The notes: generated by a model not told the origin, from the letters alone. A stretch of DNA of 64,000 bases from Bacillota bacterium (GCA_021771185.1 JAETPN010000003.1:70575-134574); one strand, 5' to 3'; numbered from the stretch's first letter, positions 1 to 10,418 are shown. Translations and numbers: made by a program.

Positions 1-181
1 CTACTTTATAACCAATCACATTTTGGTACTCCTTTCGAAGTTCCCCTAGTGTTTCATTGATTTTATCTGAACGATCTAAAATAACAACAGTCGCACCTAG
101 TTTTAAGAAAACTCGTACGATTCCTAAACCATTTCCCATAGCGCCGCCTGTTACAACAGCAATTTTTCCATCTAAATTCAT
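1..181 (-). CDS. short-chain dehydrogenase/reductase (SDR), N-terminal fragment; gene runs off the left edge
   Basis: Reverse translation from ATG (complement of 179-181) gives MNLDGKIAVVTGGAMGNGLGIVRVF..., the TGxxxGxG Rossmann motif of classical SDRs. Confidence 0.8.
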   Translation of the reverse strand, partial: MNLDGKIAVVTGGAMGNGLGIVRVFLKLGATVVILDRSDKINETLGELRKEYQNVIGYKV

Positions 182-200
182 TTTATTCCCTCAATTCTTT

Positions 201-1013
201 TTATATTTCTTCATTCATTTCAATATTTAATTCAATCGTATATAAAGCTGGTGTATATCTTGTTTCATCATCATAATCTAATTCATATTCAACTTCATAT
301 AAATGATCAATCATCTCTTCTCTTGAAGCAGAAGGATCATATTCAAAATTTCTCATATCTTCGCATAATTCTTCATAAGCATCTTTCATTAACGCTTGAT
401 TTAACGGTAAATGATGAAAAGTAGAACTAGCATCTAACACTTCGTTGATTGCTTGTTCATAAGAAAAATCATGAGCAGTAAAAATAAATTCTACTTTTAA
501 AGAGGTTATTTTTTGATTTTTTCCATAACAAACAACGATACGATCACGTCCGCTGAAATGTTCATATGGATACGACCCCGCTGCAATTTCATACATACAT
601 TCGTCATCATACTTCTGTGTACTTTGAATAACACTTGAAAATCCCATTTGTTTTAAATAAGTCACAGTCTCTTCTGGTTTTAGTTGATCAAAACCAGCTA
701 CAGTTGATGTATGTACTTTTTTATAATTTCTTTTTAAAATTGGTTCTTTTCCTTGATAGTGTTCAATCACTGGTGGGTGAACATTGGATGATTCATTTTC
801 AATTTCATTGAAAGTAAGAACACCTACAGTAATGAAAAATCCTAAAAACAAAAGAAAGAACACAATTAAAATGGATACAACAACAAGAACTATTTTCTTA
901 TCGCTAGGTGCGGGCTTTTTTTTCGGTGTTACAATATATTCTTGTTTTCCACCGCAATAGCAACAATACTTACTATTATGATCAATTTTTTTACCACATT
1001 CACTACATTTCAT
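201..1013 (-). CDS. membrane-anchored protein with N-terminal zinc-ribbon, unknown function
   Basis: CSECGKKIDHNSKYCCYCG (CxxC-x10-CxxC), one TM helix (IVLVVVSILIVFFLLFLGFFITVGV), about 200-aa C-terminal domain of no family I recognise. Start moved to ATG 1011-1013 behind GGAAAGGAA; the upstream gene's TAA (1015-1017) is 1 nt away. Confidence 0.7.
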   Translation of the reverse strand: MKCSECGKKIDHNSKYCCYCGGKQEYIVTPKKKPAPSDKKIVLVVVSILIVFFLLFLGFFITVGVLTFNEIENESSNVHPPVIEHYQGKEPILKRNYKKVHTSTVAGFDQLKPEETVTYLKQMGFSSVIQSTQKYDDECMYEIAAGSYPYEHFSGRDRIVVCYGKNQKITSLKVEFIFTAHDFSYEQAINEVLDASSTFHHLPLNQALMKDAYEELCEDMRNFEYDPSASREEMIDHLYEVEYELDYDDETRYTPALYTIELNIEMNEEI

Positions 1014-1014
1014 A

Positions 1015-3225
1015 TTACTTTTCCTTTCCACTCATCATTTCTTTATATGTGACAAATCCAATCACACCAATTCCTGCAAACATCAAATAAGACCAGAAAG
1101 GAATCCATGATAAAATGGCTGGAAGATGTGTAAAAATATTTATGATAAAAAGCACGAAACTGGTTTTATATAATATTGGATAATCTTTTTTATATTTTGC
1201 ATAAATCATCAGAAGAATGGTAATAAGTCCTACATAAATACCAATAATAACTAATGGTTGAAACAAGAAGGAAAGAAGTGAAACCGAAATCATCACTGGA
1301 GCAAAAATGTTACGATCTTTCGTATTTTTAATTATTTTCTCACTAAACCATAGAATCGCAAGAATCACAAGTATATTTCCACCAATTAATTGCACAACTT
1401 CTCTTCCTACATATGAAGTAATTAAATGGTAGATTGGGATGATTAGTGCGACTAAACTTGCTCCAAACATCTTTTTATTTTCATAGTTACTTACAGCACC
1501 TACTAAAAATGATAGAGTAACCACTAAGTCATTTAAAAGAACAGGAAAGTTAAACATATTCTGAACACTAATTAATTCATAAATAATTAAGAAGCTCCAA
1601 CCATAGATTAATGGATATAACTTTTTAATACGAACATCTTTATGGTGATATGCAAAATAAGAGGTATAAATCGCTAAAAAGATCAATAATAATCTTCCCA
1701 TCATATATGTGTTTCCTAAAGAGATAATGAAAGTATAAATTAATATAATGAGATAAGTAACAAAATAAGACCATTTTAATTCTTTTTCTAATTTTAAATG
1801 ATTGATCAATAATAAGATCATACTAACAATACTGAAAATTAATGTATAATCTAATACAAAAGATGGTTTTAAAATCATTAAACATGTAAAAGCTAACAGA
1901 GCTGTTTTGGCTGGTTGTAAATAGTATTCAATTGTTTTCTTTGAATCATAAATAGTTAAATACATAAAATGAACAAATAATAAAGCGAAAGAAACCATTA
2001 AAGCCGCAGCTACACCAACTTGATAACTATAAAGATATACACTAAATAGGGATAAGTTTAAAACAATCGTTGTTAAAGTATGAAACAGTACATTTTTCAC
2101 TGAATCTTTATGTAATAATAAAAGCCCAAAAAGGAAACAATAAGAAAGCATTAATACCCAAATTTCAATATGAGTTGGTAACCCTAAGAACAGAACCATA
2201 CATGGTAAAATGGGAATACTAAAGAACGTAGTTGTAATACTTGACCATAAATCCTTTCGTGGAATAGTTAATAAATACATATTTCCAAGCGTTAAAACAC
2301 TTGAAAAAATACACATAATCATATCATTCATTTCACCAGCACCTATGTATGCGATCGCTAAAACATACGTAACAAGTAAAAGAAATCCACGAAAACAATT
2401 CTCATCTTCTTTTTTTTCAAATGATAACATACTAACGACTAAGACAATAAGATTTACACAAGTAAGAGATACAAAATAAGGAATACTTAAAGCATCAAGG
2501 AATGATCCTAATGCAAGGAATAAACTAGTAAAGAAACTATATAAATAAATTTTAATATTAAACTTTTGATAAGAACGATAACTTATCAATGAAAATAGAA
2601 GAAGTAAAGCGATTTCAAAAACATATTCTAAAACATGTCCAGAAAACCATGTATTTGTTAACGTAGCTTCTTCAACGTTGATAATCGTTAAGAATAGGAA
2701 AAACATAGATAATAGATGATAACCCCAGGAACTATTTCTATTCTTTACATATTTTTCACTAAACAAATAAAGCCCAAAGAAAAGTGCAGCGAAAGCTCCA
2801 AAAGTTAATACATCAATCCAGATAGAAAATGATGTACTCATTAAAAGGACACCCGATGCAAGAATTAATCCAACACCTAATTTTAATAATAAATCTAATT
2901 TTTTATTTTCATTTTTTTCTTTCTTCTTTTTTTTCTTTTTCTGTTTTTTATAATCAGCAATAATTTGATCATAAGCAAGGAAAACAAAAATAGATGATAC
3001 AAAAGATGGAATGAAATTTAAAATACCACAAGTTAATAACCATCCACGATGATCATATAACGTTTGGATATCTTCTTTACTGAGAAGATAAAAATATGTT
3101 CCAAATCCCAATTCAATTAATCCATAAACGGACATAGAAATAACATCGGCAGTTAATCCACAAAGCGTGAAGAAACCACCAATAACAAAATTAATAATTG
3201 CACTCACTTTTAAAAATGTATTCAT
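1015..3225 (-). CDS. large polytopic integral membrane protein (736 aa), unknown family
   Basis: Long uninterrupted ORF. Roughly 20 hydrophobic segments, one cytoplasmic poly-Lys loop (KKQKKKKKKKEKNENKK), GGGTGA RBS before ATG at 3225. Translationally coupled to the zinc-ribbon gene. Confidence 0.7.
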   Translation of the reverse strand: MNTFLKVSAIINFVIGGFFTLCGLTADVISMSVYGLIELGFGTYFYLLSKEDIQTLYDHRGWLLTCGILNFIPSFVSSIFVFLAYDQIIADYKKQKKKKKKKEKNENKKLDLLLKLGVGLILASGVLLMSTSFSIWIDVLTFGAFAALFFGLYLFSEKYVKNRNSSWGYHLLSMFFLFLTIINVEEATLTNTWFSGHVLEYVFEIALLLLFSLISYRSYQKFNIKIYLYSFFTSLFLALGSFLDALSIPYFVSLTCVNLIVLVVSMLSFEKKEDENCFRGFLLLVTYVLAIAYIGAGEMNDMIMCIFSSVLTLGNMYLLTIPRKDLWSSITTTFFSIPILPCMVLFLGLPTHIEIWVLMLSYCFLFGLLLLHKDSVKNVLFHTLTTIVLNLSLFSVYLYSYQVGVAAALMVSFALLFVHFMYLTIYDSKKTIEYYLQPAKTALLAFTCLMILKPSFVLDYTLIFSIVSMILLLINHLKLEKELKWSYFVTYLIILIYTFIISLGNTYMMGRLLLIFLAIYTSYFAYHHKDVRIKKLYPLIYGWSFLIIYELISVQNMFNFPVLLNDLVVTLSFLVGAVSNYENKKMFGASLVALIIPIYHLITSYVGREVVQLIGGNILVILAILWFSEKIIKNTKDRNIFAPVMISVSLLSFLFQPLVIIGIYVGLITILLMIYAKYKKDYPILYKTSFVLFIINIFTHLPAILSWIPFWSYLMFAGIGVIGFVTYKEMMSGKEK

Positions 3226-3280
3226 AAATTCACCCTATTCTATCCTATTATCATTAAACCATGACTAGTACATTTTGTCA

Positions 3281-3306
3281 AATAAAAAAGAACTATTTCT
3301 AGTTCT
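3281..3306 (-). terminator. Rho-independent terminator after typA
   Basis: AGAACTA (3289-3295) / TAGTTCT (3300-3306) stem, 4-nt loop, followed on the minus strand by TTTTTTATTT. Confidence 0.65.
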
Positions 3307-5113
3307 TTCTTGCGTCAAATTTTTTACGTTCATTTGTATTTAGAATCTTTTTACGCATGCGGAAATTCTCTGGTGTTACTTCAACAAGTTCATCTGAATT
3401 AATATAATCTAGGCAATATTCTAGTGTTAACTGTCTAGGACGTTTTAATACAACTGTATGATCGCTTCCTGAAGCACGTGTATTTGTTAATTTTTTTCCC
3501 TTTACGACGTTTACAGCAAGATCATTATCATGACTATGTTCTCCAACGATCATTCCCTCATAAACTTCGGTTCCTGGTTCAATAAACATGACACCACGGT
3601 CTTCTAATTGTCCTAAGGCATAAGCTGTTGATTTCCCATTTTCCATAGAAACTAATACACCTAAATTACGTTCTCCTACTTTACTACTAGCCATCTTACG
3701 ATATTCTTTAAATGTATGGTTCATCATACCATAACCTTTGGTCATTGTCATAAATTCTGTCATAAAACCAATAAGTCCACGAGATGGTACAATATAAGTT
3801 AAACGTACTTGATCTTCTGTATGAACCATATTTTCCATTTGTCCTTCACGAAGTCCTAAAGCTTCAATAACACTTCCAACATATTCTTCTGGAACATCAA
3901 TTTGAACATCCTCGAATGGTTCACATTTTACACCATCAATCTCTTTTAAAATAACTTCTGGTTTTGATACTTGAAGTTCAAATCCTTCACGACGCATATT
4001 TTCAATTAAAATAGATAAATGTAATTCCCCACGTCCGGAAACGATAAATGATTCACTGTCATTTGGACGAATCTTTAAAGACACATCACGTTCTGTTTCT
4101 TTTTGTAAACGTTCTTCAATTTTACGGGCTGTTAAAATTTTTCCTTCACGTCCCACAAAAGGAGAGGTATTTACACCAAACGTCATTTGTAAGGTTGGTT
4201 CATCAATACGTAAATGTGGAAGGGCTTCTTCTTTTCCTACTTCACAAACTGTTTCACCAACACTAATATCTGGAAGACCTGCGATTGCAATAATATCTCC
4301 AGCTTCTGCTTCATTAATTTCTAAACGTTTTAATCCAAGGTATCCAAACATTTTTTGAATTCTAAATTGTTTGATACTACCATCTAAACGTACACAAGAT
4401 ACCATTTCATTTACTTTAATTTTTCCACGTTTTACAACACCAATCCCAATACGACCAACGAAATCATTATAATCTAAAAGGGCTGGTTGGAATTGAAGGG
4501 CACCCTCTACCGTTACTTGAGGTGCTGGAATATAATCAACAATCATATCTAAGATTGGATCCATGGTTTCTTTTTGTGTTGAAAGATCTGGTTCTAAACT
4601 AGAAGTTCCAGCAAGTGCACTAGCATATACAACAGGGAACTCTAATTGGCTTTCATCTGCACCAAGTTCAATAAATAAGTCTAAAACTTCATCGACAACA
4701 GCTTCTGGGCGTGCAGTTGGTTTATCTATTTTATTAACTACAACAATAGGTGTAACTCCTGCTTCTAACGCTTTTTTTAATACAAATCTAGTCTGAGGCA
4801 TTGTTCCTTCATAAGCATCTACAACAAGTAATACACCATCAACCATATTCATAATACGCTCAACTTCGCCACCAAAATCGGCATGCCCTGGGGTATCTAA
4901 AATATTGATACGACAACCATGATGATCAATGGCAGTGGTCTTTGCTAAAATTGTAATCCCACGTTCACGTTCAATATCATTAGAATCCATCACACGTTCT
5001 TCTACTTGTTCATTTTCTCTGAATGTTCCTGACATTTTTAACAACTTATCTACTAATGTTGTTTTCCCATGGTCTACATGGGCAATAATCGCAATATTTC
5101 TAATATTTTTCAT
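3299..5113 (-). CDS. typA: translational GTPase TypA/BipA
   Basis: [25 protein letters not shown] (G1), [14 protein letters not shown] (G3), NKIDK (G4). About 600 aa, EF-G-like layout. Start set to ATG 5111-5113 behind AGGAAG rather than the GTG 9 nt upstream. Confidence 0.95.
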   Translation of the reverse strand: MKNIRNIAIIAHVDHGKTTLVDKLLKMSGTFRENEQVEERVMDSNDIERERGITILAKTTAIDHHGCRINILDTPGHADFGGEVERIMNMVDGVLLVVDAYEGTMPQTRFVLKKALEAGVTPIVVVNKIDKPTARPEAVVDEVLDLFIELGADESQLEFPVVYASALAGTSSLEPDLSTQKETMDPILDMIVDYIPAPQVTVEGALQFQPALLDYNDFVGRIGIGVVKRGKIKVNEMVSCVRLDGSIKQFRIQKMFGYLGLKRLEINEAEAGDIIAIAGLPDISVGETVCEVGKEEALPHLRIDEPTLQMTFGVNTSPFVGREGKILTARKIEERLQKETERDVSLKIRPNDSESFIVSGRGELHLSILIENMRREGFELQVSKPEVILKEIDGVKCEPFEDVQIDVPEEYVGSVIEALGLREGQMENMVHTEDQVRLTYIVPSRGLIGFMTEFMTMTKGYGMMNHTFKEYRKMASSKVGERNLGVLVSMENGKSTAYALGQLEDRGVMFIEPGTEVYEGMIVGEHSHDNDLAVNVVKGKKLTNTRASGSDHTVVLKRPRQLTLEYCLDYINSDELVEVTPENFRMRKKILNTNERKKFDARKN

Positions 5114-5170
5114 CCTAAACACTTCCTCGTTTTTTTCGACCTTACGATTATATCACAAGGGACATTTATT

Positions 5171-5200
5171 GTAAAGAAAAAAGGTGAAATTCACCCCTTT
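5171..5200 (-). terminator. terminator after orphan gene 5191-6312
   Basis: GGTGA/TCACC hairpin (5183-5195) followed on the minus strand by TTTTTTCTTT; overlaps the TGA stop. Confidence 0.5.
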
Positions 5201-6312
5201 GTTTTTATTTGATCCATTTGTTTTAATTGATATTCTAAATTAATTTGATCACAAAGACCCCTTTTTAAGCGATTTTGATATTGTTTCAATGATTGATAAG
5301 CAGCGTCTCGTTCATTCGTTTCTAAAATCTGATCAATAAAATGAATTTGCTTCGTTACTGGAAATACTTTTATTAATTCATAATGATATGGTGGAAGTAA
5401 CTTATTTTTCTTAAAAATCGCTGTTGTAATTCCAACATCTCCTTTAATTTTTTTACTATCTTTCATATAAATTTCAGCTTCGGCATAACCGTCACTAAAT
5501 TTAGAATTTTCATGAAATCCGATCAGAGAGTATGCGTCCTTTTGTCCCACTTCAATCGGGGTTGCAAAAAAAGTATTTGTTTTCACATTACTATCAATTT
5601 TTTTCGAGTTATTTACTACCAACATAGGCATCTTCATTTGTGCAAAGTTAAAAAATGATAACGTTTTGGCTTTGACATAGGAGTAATTAAATAAACTATG
5701 ATGATTATTTCGCTCATATGCATCTAATGACATCATATTAGATGTAATTTCTTTTAACATCGATGGTAACTGTTGATAATATTCTAATTCTTTTGATGTG
5801 AATGTATCAACATCCTTTTTTTGATCTTCTAAATTTAATCCAATGACATATGGAAAATAGCGTTCTTTTAATTCAAAATTATAAATATTCTCATTCGTAT
5901 AAACCATATACAGTTGATCTTTGAAACAAGATTCATATAAATCATAAGATTTCATCACATCATTTAAAATCATTTGTTTTGTTTCCAGTGGAAAAATCAT
6001 TTTTCTGACCTTCAAAACCCCTTTTTTCATTTGGCGATATTCATCTTCTGTTATAGATGCTTGTGGTGGCATTTGATCTTCTTCTAAACCAGTAACTTCT
6101 TTACGCAATAAATCCATATGTTCTAAAACATTAGAGATTCTTACTTGATCTTTTATTTTTACTAAATAACTATAATAGTTATTTAAAAAATCAAGTAAAC
6201 GTATGGTGTCGCCAAAAAAATCTTCATTGGCTAGAAGATTTTTATTCAATCCTTGATTATAATCTTGCACATAATCTATTATTATTTTCTGGATGTTTTT
6301 CATCTTTGACAC
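5191..6312 (-). CDS. hypothetical cytoplasmic protein (about 373 aa), no recognisable family
   Basis: Long ORF with no TM or signal peptide. The ATG at 6354 lies upstream of a TTGTCA-N17-TATAAT promoter, so the start is probably GTG 6310-6312 (6 nt after GGAGTG) or ATG 6301-6303. Confidence 0.6.
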   Translation of the reverse strand: MSKMKNIQKIIIDYVQDYNQGLNKNLLANEDFFGDTIRLLDFLNNYYSYLVKIKDQVRISNVLEHMDLLRKEVTGLEEDQMPPQASITEDEYRQMKKGVLKVRKMIFPLETKQMILNDVMKSYDLYESCFKDQLYMVYTNENIYNFELKERYFPYVIGLNLEDQKKDVDTFTSKELEYYQQLPSMLKEITSNMMSLDAYERNNHHSLFNYSYVKAKTLSFFNFAQMKMPMLVVNNSKKIDSNVKTNTFFATPIEVGQKDAYSLIGFHENSKFSDGYAEAEIYMKDSKKIKGDVGITTAIFKKNKLLPPYHYELIKVFPVTKQIHFIDQILETNERDAAYQSLKQYQNRLKRGLCDQINLEYQLKQMDQIKTKG

Positions 6313-6336
6313 AATATTCACTCCTGTATTATTATC

Positions 6337-6365
6337 ATTATAACGATACCACATTTTTTTGACAA
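6337..6365 (-). promoter_or_regulatory. sigma-A-type promoter of orphan gene
   Basis: Minus strand TTGTCA (6360-6365), 17-nt spacer, TATAAT (6337-6342), 12 nt upstream of GGAGTG RBS. Confidence 0.5.
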
Positions 6366-6401
6366 GTACTTATGTGTATTTTTCATGAATTTTGTGTCAA
6401 C

Positions 6402-7121
6402 TTATTCTAAAATATCTGGTGCTTCTTTCTTTTCATTTTTTTCATATACCGTAATTTTTTCATTATGATCTAAGGTAACTAATAAAATATTTTCATATGT
6501 TTGATACCCTTTTATTTTTAATTCTTGTTTTAACCACGGCTCTGTTTTATGCATAGCTTCTAACGCATGATCCATCATTTTTCCATCAACCATCACATTG
6601 GCAACTAAGACTGAAGGATTTACTTTTAATTTCATATCTTTTGGGGTTACTGGTTTATTCTCTGCTTTTGGTAAAATACTTAATTTCCCATTTGCTTCAA
6701 CAATCGCATACTCAATTTCTGAAACATCAAATGTTCCACTCACACGACATTGTTCTAAAAAATCATGAATGTCATATTTTGTTTTACGTAAATTATCAAT
6801 TAAAATTTTTCCTTTATCCACAACAATCGTAGGTGTTCCAATAAGTACCCTGCGTAGAATAATACTTTTCATCGTAAATTTAGATACTAAATATGCGACC
6901 AGTCCAAATACAAAGACTGCAAGTATTCCATGGATAAACGGAGCGTCCATATTAATGGTCATTTCAGCCGCAAAATTTCCGATAGAAATTCCAATCACAT
7001 AATCAAATAAACTTAATTCAGATACTTGTTTTTTACCAATCCATTTTGTTACTAAAAATAGAATAACTAGAGAAATGAAACTACGTGGTATAATTTGTAA
7101 GGCATCCATTATTTCTTTCAT
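6402..7121 (-). CDS. DUF421 (YetF-like) membrane protein
   Basis: N-terminal TM region with GKKQVSELSLFDYVIGISIGNFAAE, typical of the YetF/DUF421 family, plus soluble C-terminal half. Confidence 0.75.
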   Translation of the reverse strand: MKEIMDALQIIPRSFISLVILFLVTKWIGKKQVSELSLFDYVIGISIGNFAAEMTINMDAPFIHGILAVFVFGLVAYLVSKFTMKSIILRRVLIGTPTIVVDKGKILIDNLRKTKYDIHDFLEQCRVSGTFDVSEIEYAIVEANGKLSILPKAENKPVTPKDMKLKVNPSVLVANVMVDGKMMDHALEAMHKTEPWLKQELKIKGYQTYENILLVTLDHNEKITVYEKNEKKEAPDILE

Positions 7122-7167
7122 AAAATCACCTAGTTATAGTATGAACCAAAAGAAAAAATAGTATAAA

Positions 7168-8229
7168 CTATTTTTTTAATTTTTCTAATATTTTTTCTTT
7201 CATTGTTTTTTCAAAAACAATATTAGTATTTAAAACAAAAGTAATGACTAAAACGAGAAGAATTCCATAAGCAATATATCCTAATAAGGCATCTTTTAAT
7301 ACATAAATAATAGAACATGCGGCAAATAAGATATTAATAACATAAATCACTAATACCGTTGTTCTTTGTGATAAATTACGGTTTAATAATTGATGATGGA
7401 TATGAAATTTATCTGGTTTAGAAATACTTTCTCCTTTAAGTAAACGACGTAGAATCGCAAATAAGGTGTCTAATATTGGAATAGCCAAAATAAGTAATGG
7501 AATAATTAAGGAAGTCATGGTGACATTTTTAAATCCTAATAAAGCAATTACCGCAATAATAAGACCTAGGAACATCGATCCACTATCTCCCATAAAAATA
7601 CTTGCTGGATTAAAGTTATGAACTAAAAATCCTAAGGTAGAGCCTAGCATAATAAAGGTTAAAATAAAATCTAGGCCAAATTTCCCTTGCATTGTTGCGA
7701 TAATTCCTACTGTACCAAAATAAATCGCACTAATTCCAGCCGCTAAACCATCTAGACCATCAATCAAATTCATACAATTGATACAACCTAAAATAAAGAA
7801 TATGGTGATAGGATAACAGAAAATTCCAAAATCTAGATAAAGTCCAAAAGCTGATACATCGCGCATTAAAATTTCTCCATAAAAAACAATAACGCAAGCT
7901 GCAAGTACTTGTCCAATAAATTTATGTGAAGCCTTTAATGGTTTAATATCATCTACTACCCCAGTTAAAACAATAATAAAGCTACTAATTAGAATAGAAT
8001 TCATCATCGCACTAGGTTCACCGAAAACCATATAACCAAAAAGGAAAGCTAAAAAAATAGCAACTCCACCTAATCGTGGCATTGGTTTTTTATGTACTTT
8101 TCTTGGATTTGGCATATCTAGGGCATTCACATGTTTTGCAATATCTTTAATAAAAGGAACAATACTACACCCTATGATAAATGTACTAACAACCATCACT
8201 ACAATTTTTATATAAATTCTTGTATCCAT
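7168..8229 (-). CDS. tagO: undecaprenyl-phosphate N-acetylglucosamine-1-phosphate transferase (TagO/WecA, MraY-like GT4)
   Basis: PRLGGVAIFLAF, NLIDGLDGLAAG, FMGDSGSMFLG motifs and about 11 TM segments. Start set to ATG 8227-8229 behind AGGTGA. Confidence 0.85.
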   Translation of the reverse strand: MDTRIYIKIVVMVVSTFIIGCSIVPFIKDIAKHVNALDMPNPRKVHKKPMPRLGGVAIFLAFLFGYMVFGEPSAMMNSILISSFIIVLTGVVDDIKPLKASHKFIGQVLAACVIVFYGEILMRDVSAFGLYLDFGIFCYPITIFFILGCINCMNLIDGLDGLAAGISAIYFGTVGIIATMQGKFGLDFILTFIMLGSTLGFLVHNFNPASIFMGDSGSMFLGLIIAVIALLGFKNVTMTSLIIPLLILAIPILDTLFAILRRLLKGESISKPDKFHIHHQLLNRNLSQRTTVLVIYVINILFAACSIIYVLKDALLGYIAYGILLVLVITFVLNTNIVFEKTMKEKILEKLKK

Positions 8230-8371
8230 ATGATCACCTACTACTGTTATTAGTATACCATAGATTATAGTTTTATACAATGAAGGAAAATCTTAAATTT
8301 TACATTCTAGTTTACATGATAGTTTAATAAATTAATTTTTGACTTTATTACCTTTTTTATTTATATTTCAT

Positions 8372-8399
8372 TCAAACAAAAAAACTACCTCAGTAGTTT
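8372..8399 (-). terminator. terminator after mreB-like gene
   Basis: AAACTAC (8382-8388) / GTAGTTT (8393-8399) stem followed on the minus strand by TTTTTGTTTG. Confidence 0.55.
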
Positions 8400-9387
8400 A
8401 TTTTTCTAATAAATGCATATTGTCTAGTAAAATTCCAGTTCCCTCAGCAACACAAGTAAGTGGACTTTCAGCGACAAAAACAGGAACCTTTAATTCATGG
8501 GCTAACAGTTTATCGAATCCATCGATTAAAGCTCCTCCACCAGTTACAACCACACCTTTATCAATAATATCGGCAGATAATTCAGGTGGAGTTTGTTCTA
8601 AAACACTTTTTGCTTCATGAATTAGTAAATAAACACTCTCTCTTAAAGCCTCTTCTACTTCTTCTGAACATAAAGTAATCGTGTGTGGTAAACCTGTAAC
8701 TAAATCTCTTCCACGAACTTCCATTTTCTCGTTTTTATCTTCTGAAAAAACAGTTCCAATCGTCATTTTAATTTCTTCTGCAGTACGATCCCCAATTAAT
8801 AATTTATATTTATCTTTAATATATTTTAAAATATCTGCATCAAACGTATTTCCAGCAATTTTAACAGAGGAGCTTGTTACAATACCCCCTAAAGAAAGAA
8901 TAGCAATATCTGTAGTACCTCCACCAACATCAATCACCATATTTCCACTAGGTTTAGAAATATCCATTCCAGCACCTACAGCAGCTACTTTTGGTTCTTC
9001 TTCTAAAAATACCTTTTTTGCACCTGTTCTTTCTGCAGCTTCTTTAATTGCATTTTGTTCTACTTGTGTAATATTTGATGGACAACAAATTAAAATACGT
9101 GGTCTTGAAAAGAAACTTTTTCCATTTACTTTTCGAATAAAATGATTTAACATAATTTCTGTAATTTCAAAATCAGCAATCACACCATCTTTCATCGGGC
9201 GAATTGCATGAACACGACCTGGTGTTCTTCCTAACATCTCACGTGCTTCTGTTCCTACTGCAAGTGGTTTTTTTGTTTCTGAATCAATGGCAACAACAGA
9301 TGGTTCATTTAATACAATCCCTTGACCTTTAATATAAATTAATACGTTAGCTGTTCCTAAATCAATTCCAATATCTTTTGCGAACAT
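8398..9387 (-). CDS. mreB: actin-like rod-shape protein MreB/Mbl
   Basis: MFAKDIGIDLGTANVLIY, DVGGGTTDIA, VVTGGGALI phosphate/adenosine motifs. Sits next to spoIIID, as mbl does in B. subtilis. Confidence 0.93.
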   Translation of the reverse strand: MFAKDIGIDLGTANVLIYIKGQGIVLNEPSVVAIDSETKKPLAVGTEAREMLGRTPGRVHAIRPMKDGVIADFEITEIMLNHFIRKVNGKSFFSRPRILICCPSNITQVEQNAIKEAAERTGAKKVFLEEEPKVAAVGAGMDISKPSGNMVIDVGGGTTDIAILSLGGIVTSSSVKIAGNTFDADILKYIKDKYKLLIGDRTAEEIKMTIGTVFSEDKNEKMEVRGRDLVTGLPHTITLCSEEVEEALRESVYLLIHEAKSVLEQTPPELSADIIDKGVVVTGGGALIDGFDKLLAHELKVPVFVAESPLTCVAEGTGILLDNMHLLEK

Positions 9388-9445
9388 GTTATCACCCTTT
9401 CTTCCATATATTTAATATTATAACATATTACCACTTGTTTTGTTA

Positions 9446-9700
9446 CTAAATTCCTAAATTTAAATACTTTTTCTTTGTTGATTGTCCACCCCTTAAATGG
9501 CGAACCTCACGATGGTATTTTAGAATGTCATTCACCTGCTCATATCGCTGTTTATCTAAAGATTCTAAACGATATTTTAAATCTTTATGAATCGTACTTT
9601 TAGACACATGAAAAACTTCCGCTAAAACACGCACTGTATCACGAGTCCGAATCATATAATCGGCTTCTTCTAAAATTCTTGACTTGATATTCTTATTCAC
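9446..9700 (-). CDS. spoIIID: sporulation transcriptional regulator SpoIIID
   Basis: 84 aa; RILEEADYMI...VSKSTIHKDL...HLRGG matches the SpoIIID HTH family; conserved synteny. Confidence 0.9.
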   Translation of the reverse strand: MNKNIKSRILEEADYMIRTRDTVRVLAEVFHVSKSTIHKDLKYRLESLDKQRYEQVNDILKYHREVRHLRGGQSTKKKYLNLGI

Positions 9701-9754
9701 TCTAACACCCCTATACTAAAGTATATAAATAGTTGTGTTATTTCATGATAAGAT

Positions 9755-9787
9755 TTTATAACAAGAAAAGAGAGTTACAGACTCTCT
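9755..9787 (-). terminator. terminator after spoIIQ-like gene
   Basis: AGAGAGT (9769-9775) / ACTCTCT (9781-9787), 5-nt loop, then TTTCTTGTTAT on the minus strand. Confidence 0.6.
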
Positions 9788-10418
9788 AGATTTCGCTTAC
9801 TAATTTATCAAAATATTCTTCAGGATTTACTGTTGAACCCTTAATAATAAGTTCAAACAATACATGACTTCCTAAATCTGTTGAAATATTAGAAGTTCCA
9901 CTTTTGCCTATAACTTGTCCCTGTTTGATTTGATCACCTTTTTTCAAAGATGTTTCAGATAAACTTTGATAAACACTAATGATATTTTCATTATGCTTAA
10001 TTTGTACAATTTTACCTAATAATTTATCATCTTTAACTTCAACAATTTCACCATCTAAGATGGCAACAACATCAAAGGAATCCTTTCCACCATATGCGAC
10101 ACCACTATTTTGCATATATGTGCGATCATGGTAAATTAAAGAATTTTGTTGTGTTGTTTCATCACCCTTATAATCATAATATCCTTTAATTACTTTAATT
10201 TCAGTATCATTATATGGACGAATAATTGTTGTTCCTGTATTTACTACAGGAATTTCTTCTTCCATAATCGTTTTTGTGACATAACCATAATGTTCTTCGT
10301 CTTTAAAACTTTCATGTGTAAAATTACTTTCAATCGCATACGCACCTAATACTGCAAGGATAGCTAAACCTCCATAAATTACAGGAATCATTTTTGGTTT
10401 TACTCTTCTTTTTTTCAT
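9786..10418 (-). CDS. spoIIQ: SpoIIQ-like membrane-anchored protein with degenerate LytM/M23 domain
   Basis: N-terminal TM, C-terminal M23 fold (GQVIGKSGTS...SHVLFE). The HxxxD and HxH zinc ligands are replaced (YGGKD, YQSL, SHVLFE). Lies between spoIID and spoIIID. Start ATG 10416-10418 behind GAGGTGA. Confidence 0.7.
   Translation of the reverse strand: MKKRRVKPKMIPVIYGGLAILAVLGAYAIESNFTHESFKDEEHYGYVTKTIMEEEIPVVNTGTTIIRPYNDTEIKVIKGYYDYKGDETTQQNSLIYHDRTYMQNSGVAYGGKDSFDVVAILDGEIVEVKDDKLLGKIVQIKHNENIISVYQSLSETSLKKGDQIKQGQVIGKSGTSNISTDLGSHVLFELIIKGSTVNPEEYFDKLVSEI

Noticed and set aside
2911-2949. Homopolymer runs (T7, T8, T5, T6) in the poly-Lys loop of the 736-aa membrane protein might act as a phase-variation switch.
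   Set aside because: The runs are shorter than the 9 or more nt usually needed for efficient slipped-strand switching, and they simply encode Lys codons. The observation is kept only as a note under the gene-pair finding.
8227-8241. An identical 15-mer gtaggtgatcatatg (RBS plus start) occurs at the tagO start and at the Big_2 gene start (18397-18411).
   Set aside because: It is an SD plus ATG context. A single 15-nt coincidence is within chance expectation for a window of this size and composition. The flanks are unrelated.
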